Origin: Candidatus Borrarchaeum weybense
GTDB taxonomy: Archaea > Asgardarchaeota > Sifarchaeia > Borrarchaeales > Borrarchaeaceae
Direction: 5' to 3'
DNA length: 64,000 nt
Assembly (NCBI GenBank): GCA_019057385.1
Contig: JAHQJS010000006.1
Coordinates: 549,038 to 613,037, forward strand
A program made the translations under genes and the position numbers. Of this stretch, positions 57,520-64,000 are shown in pieces (the first letter of the stretch is position 1; each line of letters begins with the position of its first letter). The notes beneath the pieces are model-generated. The model worked only from the letters and a program-made list of their open reading frames with translations, was not told the origin of the DNA and made no database searches.

Positions 57520-58413
57520 ATGCAAAGAGACAAAGAAGAGTTTAAAAGATGGATTACTGAAGAAATTAAAAGATTTGTAAGGGAAGACCCTGATAATCGA
57601 TTAAATCTTTTAGATGGCTCTTATATCTTTGAAGAACCCTTAATTGGTTTTGTGGCTGGCGATGATCCTATCTTCTATAAATTGAAAGAAGTCATAGGCG
57701 AATTTCATCTTACACCAAAAGAGGCCGTGACAAAAATTGCGGAGAATAAAGGCATTTCAGTTCCTTCTGAAAAAGAAATTGGAGTTATTTCTTATATTCT
57801 TCCGATTTCTAAGAAAACACGAGAAGAAAACGCTAAAATGAAATCAATGCCTGGTGAAAGATGGGCTCATACTCGTTTATTTGGTGAACAATTTAACAAG
57901 AAACTTCAAAGACATTTAGTGGCGTTCTTAGAAGAAGAGGGGTATTTTGCTATTGCTCCCCAACAAGTAGGAGACCTTTTTGAAACAAAAAGAGATGACA
58001 AAGTCGGTTATGCTTCTACATGGTCTCAACGTCATGTAACTTTCGCTGCAGACTTAGGTACCTTCGGTCTTTCAGATGGTTTGATCACGAAAGCTGGCAA
58101 GGCCCATAGATGTGGTAGCGTTGTTGTTAATCAACCATTGGATTCTCCGCAGAGACGCGAAATTAATGAAACCAATTTACATTGGGACTGTTTGTATTAC
58201 CAAAATGAAGGATGCATTGAATGTGTCATGCGATGTCCCGTTGGTGCAATTTCTGAAGAATTTGGACACGACAAAGATTTATGTTTTGAGCATGCTGTAA
58301 AGAAATCTGCTGAATTTGTTAAAGAGAACTACAAGATCGATATTTATGGATGTGGGCTGTGCCAAACAGATGTCCCATGTGAGGAAGAGAGTCCAGTAAA
58401 AGAAGAAGAATAG
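57520..58413 (+). CDS. QueG/reductive-dehalogenase-like Fe-S protein
   Basis: WSQRH...AADLGTFGLSDGLIT..G...R.GS; CIECVMRCP; CGLCQT.VPC. Confidence 0.85.
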   Translation: MQRDKEEFKRWITEEIKRFVREDPDNRLNLLDGSYIFEEPLIGFVAGDDPIFYKLKEVIGEFHLTPKEAVTKIAENKGISVPSEKEIGVISYILPISKKTREENAKMKSMPGERWAHTRLFGEQFNKKLQRHLVAFLEEEGYFAIAPQQVGDLFETKRDDKVGYASTWSQRHVTFAADLGTFGLSDGLITKAGKAHRCGSVVVNQPLDSPQRREINETNLHWDCLYYQNEGCIECVMRCPVGAISEEFGHDKDLCFEHAVKKSAEFVKENYKIDIYGCGLCQTDVPCEEESPVKEEE

Positions 58414-58545
58414 TCGAGACACGCTATTCCTTTTCAATCTGCAAAGTTTTTCTTCATTTTTAAGTAAGTTATTTTTATAAATGATTATAATAGTGAATTT
58501 CATTCATTCATTTTGAAATATTTAAACTATAATTGAGGCGATAAA

Positions 58546-59352
58546 ATGTCTGAACGTATTAAAGATTGGCGAATTAAGAACTGGGTTTTTGATGCCAGCA
58601 AACCTTTCGATTTAACAGGTAAAGCCATAATTGTTACTGGCGCAGGTTCTGGCATTGGACGAGCTATCACTCTTGGCATTGATGCAATGGGTGGTAATGT
58701 CGTCTTAGCAGATATTGTCGAAGAAGGCATGGACGAAGTCGCAAAAGAACTCAAGAATGACTATTTGACACTTAAAGTCGATGTAACTAGTGAGGCCGAT
58801 GTAAAAAATATGGTCGAACAAACTTTATCAACTTTTAATAAGATAGATGGTTGTTTTAACGCACCTGCAATTAATTTTAGACTTCCTTTCCTTGAACTCA
58901 GTGCGGATCAATGGACGAAAGTATGGAACGTTAACATTGGAGGAGTTTGCCTGTGTGCTAGAGAAGTTGGAAAAGTTATGGTAAAACAGAAGTACGGAAG
59001 CATGGTCAACATTGCTTCATTCAGAGGATTAGTAGGCGCTAAGGAAGGGCGGCAATCTATTTATTCTGCGAGCAAGGGAGCTGTTGTAATACTCACAAAA
59101 TGCTTAGCCGCCGAATGGGGCGAGTTTAACGTAAGAGTTAATGCTATAGCTCCTGGCATGACTAAGACACCGCTCGTAACGCAGATTCTTAAAGATGACG
59201 ATTGGTATAACGAACTGGCTTCTATGCACGTATTAAATCGATTTGCTGAGCCAGAGGAGATGGTCGGTGCGGCAATCTTTCTAGTTAGTGATGCATCTAC
59301 TTTTATAACCGGTACAACCCTCCTTGTGGATGGCGGACTCACAGCCGTGTAA
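58546..59352 (+). CDS. Short-chain dehydrogenase/reductase
   Basis: TGAGSGIG, YSASK, VNAIAPG, VDGG. Confidence 0.95.
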   Translation: MSERIKDWRIKNWVFDASKPFDLTGKAIIVTGAGSGIGRAITLGIDAMGGNVVLADIVEEGMDEVAKELKNDYLTLKVDVTSEADVKNMVEQTLSTFNKIDGCFNAPAINFRLPFLELSADQWTKVWNVNIGGVCLCAREVGKVMVKQKYGSMVNIASFRGLVGAKEGRQSIYSASKGAVVILTKCLAAEWGEFNVRVNAIAPGMTKTPLVTQILKDDDWYNELASMHVLNRFAEPEEMVGAAIFLVSDASTFITGTTLLVDGGLTAV

Positions 59353-59556
59353 GTCAGTAGTTATACAATCACTTTTTCATTTTTTTATCTCTTTTTTTCC
59401 TATTTTCTTCTAAAGTCTTTATTCATTATCACAAAACTTGTTATGTGTGTCTATACTCAACTTATGGTCAAGATTTGTTGATCATTACATTCTTAAACAA
59501 CAGAACACCACTTATCGTCACATTTCTATTCAAACTATTATTGGAGCGATTAAAAC

Positions 59557-61290
59557 ATGGTTATGATATCAGGAGCTAAAGTATTAGCTGAATCTTTGCG
59601 CCGAGAAGACGTAAAACATCTTTTCGGAATAACGGGTGGAGCTATAATGAATCTACTCCACAAACTATGGGAATACGGCGAAGCTGAAGAAATGCGGATA
59701 ATAACCTGCAGACATGAGCAATGTGCTGCTCATGCAGCAGAAGGTTATGCAGTTGCCAGCGGTGATGTCGGAGTATGCTTCGCCACATCAGGTCCAGGTG
59801 CTACTAATTTAGTAACGGGCATCGCTGATGCATTTCTTGACTCACGGCCTATCGTTGCGATTACTGGTCAAGTACCTACCAACTTGGTTGGCAACGATGC
59901 CTTTCAAGAAGCCGATATTATTGGCTCAACTATGCCAATTACTAAAGCTAATTTTCAATTTCATAGAGTCAAAGATATTCCACTGCTTACTAAGATGGCC
60001 TTCAAAATAGCGAAAACAGGACGTCCAGGACCAGTTCTCTTGGACTTTCCTAAAAATATCCAAATCGGTGAAGAACATGTTGAATTTCCTGAAGGTGAGA
60101 TTGAAATTCCTGGCTACAATCCTACCTTAAAAGGGCATCCACGTCAAATCAAACGGATTGCAAAGGTTTTGAAAAAAGCCGAGCGCCCTATTATAATAGC
60201 TGGAGGTGGAACTATCTCAGCTATGGCAGGTAATGAAGTCTTAGAATTGGCAGAAATGTTAGGAATTCCTATCATAAATACGTTAATGGGAAAGGGAATC
60301 ATTCCAGAGACGCATCCTTTGTCATTAGGGATGGCTGGGATGCATGGACACATGTGCGCAAATAGTGTTATCAATCAGGCTGATCTACTCTTTGCCGTAG
60401 GTATGCGTTTTTCTGATCGAATAACAGGGAAACTCGAACATTTTGCACGAGAGGCAACGATAATCCATTTAGATATTGATTCGGCAGAAATTGGAAAAAA
60501 CGTTGGAGTACATTATCCTATCGTTGGAGATGCAAGAATTGTGCTCCGTCAAATCGTTGAAGAATTAAAGAAACTGGAAGTAACTAAACCGAATGGCTGG
60601 ATGCAGAAAATAAAACAACTCAAAGACAGATGTCAGTGCAACATACCACTAACTGACATTCAGCCTATCAAGCCGCAACAAGTTATGAGGCTCTTAAGGG
60701 AACATATCGATAGCAAAACGATTGTGACAACGGGTGTTGGACGAAACCAAATGTGGGCTGCACATTATTTACGTGTCGGTCCAAGAAAGTTTATTACGTC
60801 TGGAGGACTTGGAACGATGGGTTTTGGATTTCCTGCGGCTATCGGCGCAAGAGCGGCAAAACCAGATCATTGGGTCGTTGATGTCGATGGTGATGGCTCA
60901 TTCTTAATGACACAGCAAGAACTCGCTACAAGCGTAATAGAAGACATCCCTGTCACAGTAATAATTTTAAATGACCAAGTACTGGGCATGGTGAGACAGT
61001 GGCAGAATTTATTCTTCGAAGAACGTTATGCTGTAACAGATCTCGGGCCGAAAGGATTTAAGAAAAGAGTTCCTGATTTTGCAAAACTGGCAGAAGCATT
61101 CGGAGCAAACGGGATTTTAGTAGAGCGTGTTTCAGAAATAGGACCTGCGATTAAAGAGGCCAAAGAGTCTGATGTAACAACAGTGATTGATGTACAAATT
61201 GATCGAAATGAGAACATTTATCCGCATCTGCCATCAGGTGCAAAATTAGAAGAAATAATACCATGTCCATCTTGGACGGAGGCGGAATGA
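59557..61290 (+). CDS. ilvB: Acetolactate synthase large subunit
   Basis: RHEQ, TSGPGATN, DAFQEAD, RFSDR, GGLGTMGFG, GDGSFLM...N..LGMVRQWQ. Confidence 0.96.
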   Translation: MVMISGAKVLAESLRREDVKHLFGITGGAIMNLLHKLWEYGEAEEMRIITCRHEQCAAHAAEGYAVASGDVGVCFATSGPGATNLVTGIADAFLDSRPIVAITGQVPTNLVGNDAFQEADIIGSTMPITKANFQFHRVKDIPLLTKMAFKIAKTGRPGPVLLDFPKNIQIGEEHVEFPEGEIEIPGYNPTLKGHPRQIKRIAKVLKKAERPIIIAGGGTISAMAGNEVLELAEMLGIPIINTLMGKGIIPETHPLSLGMAGMHGHMCANSVINQADLLFAVGMRFSDRITGKLEHFAREATIIHLDIDSAEIGKNVGVHYPIVGDARIVLRQIVEELKKLEVTKPNGWMQKIKQLKDRCQCNIPLTDIQPIKPQQVMRLLREHIDSKTIVTTGVGRNQMWAAHYLRVGPRKFITSGGLGTMGFGFPAAIGARAAKPDHWVVDVDGDGSFLMTQQELATSVIEDIPVTVIILNDQVLGMVRQWQNLFFEERYAVTDLGPKGFKKRVPDFAKLAEAFGANGILVERVSEIGPAIKEAKESDVTTVIDVQIDRNENIYPHLPSGAKLEEIIPCPSWTEAE

Positions 61291-61291
61291 T

Positions 61292-61864
61292 ATGGTACGT
61301 ATAAATTCTGGAAACGGCAAAGAAAACGGAACAGTAGGCTCTCATATTATAACCTTTCTGGTAGAAGACAGACCTGGAGTGTTTGCTAAAGTTACTGGCT
61401 TGATCAGACGTAGAAATTTTAACATTGCGAAGATCACTGTGGGCCCAACACACATTGAGAAAGTTACTCGAATGACTTTTCTTATCAATGCAGATGAAGC
61501 AACCCTTGAACAGGTCGTGAAGCAGTTAAATAAGATGGTTGAAGTCTTACGCATTACTGAGCTTAAACCAAAAGATTGTGTGATCCGCGAGCTCGCTTTA
61601 ATAAAGATCAATACAAGTGATCAACAAGAACGAAATGAAGCTATGCAATTCGTAAATATCTTTAGGGGCAATGTGCTGGATGTAAGCCCCACTTCCTTGA
61701 CGGTTGAGGTTACAGGAGACAGTCAGAAAATCGATGCTTTTTTAGAATTGACCAAGCGATTTGGCATTATTGAAGTCGCACGTACTGGCATTACTGCCTT
61801 ATCTAGGGGTTCTGATCCACGCCCCCGTGGGGTTGATAGCTTGACTTTGCTAGACTACGAATAA
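61292..61864 (+). CDS. ilvN: Acetolactate synthase regulatory subunit
   Basis: VEDRPGV, RRNFNI, RELALIK, ARTG. Confidence 0.94.
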   Translation: MVRINSGNGKENGTVGSHIITFLVEDRPGVFAKVTGLIRRRNFNIAKITVGPTHIEKVTRMTFLINADEATLEQVVKQLNKMVEVLRITELKPKDCVIRELALIKINTSDQQERNEAMQFVNIFRGNVLDVSPTSLTVEVTGDSQKIDAFLELTKRFGIIEVARTGITALSRGSDPRPRGVDSLTLLDYE

Positions 61865-62025
61865 TACGATCATTATTCAATTTTCTTTTATTTTTGTTAC
61901 TTTTTTTAAAATAAATTATTAAAACAACAAATTAAACAATAAGCTTACCTGAAATAGCCTCTTTTAAACTTGAAGTATAAAGAAAGTAAAAGAGGGAAAT
62001 CCGCAAATAAAAAATTGTCAATTGG

Positions 62026-62274
62026 TTAGCTAAGTAGCAAGAGTAGCTTTTCTGATGTAAGTTCGTCAACCCTGCCAAAAGTTGACAATACACTCTTGAG
62101 CGAATTCACCTTTTCTTCTTCCGTAGAAAAAGAAAAAGTCACTGTAGAGGAGTCTGGATGTGCCGAAAGTTCCATTCTTTCAAGGTTTACATCATTCTGC
62201 TGAAAGACTGATAGCATCTCTTGAAGCGCTGTAAGATCTCTTCTTCGGGTCGTTACATGAAATGTATAATTCAT
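62026..62274 (-). CDS. Small ACT-like domain protein (IlvM-like)
   Basis: Beta-alpha-beta-beta-alpha-beta pattern; translationally coupled to the second ilvN. Confidence 0.55.
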   Translation of the reverse strand: MNYTFHVTTRRRDLTALQEMLSVFQQNDVNLERMELSAHPDSSTVTFSFSTEEEKVNSLKSVLSTFGRVDELTSEKLLLLLS

Positions 62275-62774
62275 TAATACTTCACCTCACCCATTCTCTC
62301 TATTGCTAATGCACCAGAGCGTACAAGTTGTGTAACTCCGAAAGTTTCCATTACGTCAATGAAGCTACTGACTTTCTTTGGGCCTCCTGTAACCTCAACT
62401 GCCAATCCATTTTTGACTGCTTCAACAACCTTTGCTCCATAGACATTGACAAAGTTCAATATATCTGCCCTTTCCTCAGGACTCTTGGCTTGTACTTTCA
62501 TTAAGGCGATTTCTCTGAGGAGGGTGGTTTCTTTATCAAGTTCTTCTATCCATTTGACCTCTTGAAGTTTGTCTAATTGCCTTACAACTTGGTTTGCTGT
62601 ATTATCGTCTCCCCAGAACGTGATGGTTATTCTCGTGATGCCTTCAGTTTCTGTCGCTCCTGCGGTGATCGTGTGGATGTTAAAATTCCTTCTACTGATC
62701 AGACTTGAGATTCTTTGCAACACACCTGGTTGATCTAATACCTTTAATGATATCACATGAAGACCATTTGTCAT
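62274..62774 (-). CDS. ilvN: Acetolactate synthase regulatory subunit, second copy
   Basis: DQPGVL.RI..L.SRRNFNI, REIALMK, VRSG. Confidence 0.93.
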   Translation of the reverse strand: MTNGLHVISLKVLDQPGVLQRISSLISRRNFNIHTITAGATETEGITRITITFWGDDNTANQVVRQLDKLQEVKWIEELDKETTLLREIALMKVQAKSPEERADILNFVNVYGAKVVEAVKNGLAVEVTGGPKKVSSFIDVMETFGVTQLVRSGALAIERMGEVKY

Positions 62775-62785
62775 TTACATCACCT

Positions 62786-64000
62786 CTATCCACATCTCTC
62801 CACTAATTCGGGGGGACACCGTCCACCTATCATTTCATTAAGTCCTTTTGGCGGTGGTACCATCGGTAAGATATCCTCTTCTGGATCTATCTTGATGTCA
62901 ACCACATAAGGTACTCCCTCTTTTATTGCCCTTTCAAGTGCTTCCCTTATCTCGCCAGGGCGCACAACGACTTCACCTTTTGCTCCGAAAGCTTCTGCCA
63001 ACTTAACAAAATCTGGAACTTGGCCTAAATTCGTTGCAGAGTAGCGTGCTCCAAAGAACAATTTTTGCCATTGTTTCACCATTCCAAGCCATCTATTATT
63101 CAAAAGTGCTATTACAACGGGTATTTCATTTTCAACTGCAGTTGCGAACTCTTGACACACCATCATAAGCGATCCATCTCCTGCTACATCAATGACTGGT
63201 GCATCTGGTTGTCCTGAAACTTGCATGGCTACCTTTGCACCGATAGCGGCAGGAAATCCAAAGCCCATCGTCCCTAGTCCGCCCGATGTTAGAAAACTCC
63301 GAGCATGTGTACTCTTTAAGAAATGTCCCGCAAAAATCTGATTCTGGCCTACCTCCGTTGTAACTACATGGCGTTTGTAATTTGACAAAACTTTACTGAG
63401 TTCCCTCATCACTCTTTGAGGTTTTATAGGCACATCTTCAAATTCTAGATTGCAGTCACACAATTCTTTCAGTTCTTTCACTTTATTGCTCCATTCTAAC
63501 TTCTTACCATTCATTTCTACATTGGAAACCTGATTTAACATTTCTGTCAGCACTTTTTTCGCGTCGCCTAGAATATACATATCCACCGGCAGATTCTTTT
63601 CAATTTCTGCAAAGTCTATATCAACGTGAATTATCTGTGTTTTACTCCATACAGACTGTTGCCATGCTGTCACACGGTCACTAAATCGGCATCCAACCGC
63701 CAACAAAACATCGCTATTTATTAGCGGGAAGTTTGCTGTTCTTCGACCATGGAAGCCTGCCATTCCCATTGCAAGCGGATGTGTCTCTGGAATCACTCCT
63801 TTCGCCACGAGTGTCGTTGATACTGGAGCCATGAGGAGTTCAGCCAACTGAACTAATTCATTCCATGCACCAGACATGAGCACTCCTCCTCCTGCAAGAA
63901 TAGCTGGTCGTTCTGCTTGAAGCAACATCTTGACAGCTTCTTTTACTTTCGTCTTGTCCAAGCTATTATTGTTCGCCTTCACGTTTACTGTCATGTTAGG
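62786..64000 (-). CDS. ilvB: Acetolactate synthase large subunit, second copy (5' part lies beyond the window)
   Basis: RFSDR, TEVGQNQ, SGGLGTMGFG, GDGSLMM, LGMVKQWQ; the frame is open to the window edge. Confidence 0.95.
   Translation of the reverse strand, partial: PNMTVNVKANNNSLDKTKVKEAVKMLLQAERPAILAGGGVLMSGAWNELVQLAELLMAPVSTTLVAKGVIPETHPLAMGMAGFHGRRTANFPLINSDVLLAVGCRFSDRVTAWQQSVWSKTQIIHVDIDFAEIEKNLPVDMYILGDAKKVLTEMLNQVSNVEMNGKKLEWSNKVKELKELCDCNLEFEDVPIKPQRVMRELSKVLSNYKRHVVTTEVGQNQIFAGHFLKSTHARSFLTSGGLGTMGFGFPAAIGAKVAMQVSGQPDAPVIDVAGDGSLMMVCQEFATAVENEIPVVIALLNNRWLGMVKQWQKLFFGARYSATNLGQVPDFVKLAEAFGAKGEVVVRPGEIREALERAIKEGVPYVVDIKIDPEEDILPMVPPPKGLNEMIGGRCPPELVERCG

Noticed and set aside
1-64000. 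CRISPR array associated with the RAMP genes
   Set aside because: I saw no run of three or more equal repeats with unique 30-40-nt spacers. The two-copy repeats at 22229 and 26840 are short, distant from the RAMP genes and have unsuitable spacing.

Overview
AT-rich archaeal chromosomal window, most likely from an Asgard archaeon. This is inferred from a Roadblock/LC7 protein, an MglA/Arf-like small GTPase, a MIT-domain protein, PCI-like winged-helix repeat proteins, a giant TrmB-coiled-coil protein and archaeal GGAGG/GGTGA ribosome-binding sites. Most of the window is metabolic or housekeeping: split UxaA/SuyAB-like dehydratase, MetV/MetF, IlvD, two AHAS operons, AOR, transporters, GT4 glycosyltransferases, beta-CASP RNase and Hsp20. 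At least seven IS200/IS605-derived remnants or mini-elements lie in intergenic gaps. An accessory, defence-like island spans about 10.2-17.0 kb. Its most striking part is a compact, array-less CRISPR-Cas-related module at 13.2-15.3 kb: a divergent RHH regulator, a Cas7/Csm3-like RAMP, a miniature Cas5-like RAMP fused to a Cas10-type permuted HD nuclease, and a GC-rich, foldable non-coding segment directly downstream (candidate guide/scaffold RNA). I recognised no CRISPR array, cas1/cas2/cas6, tRNA or rRNA. All calls are from reading motifs by eye; no searches were run.
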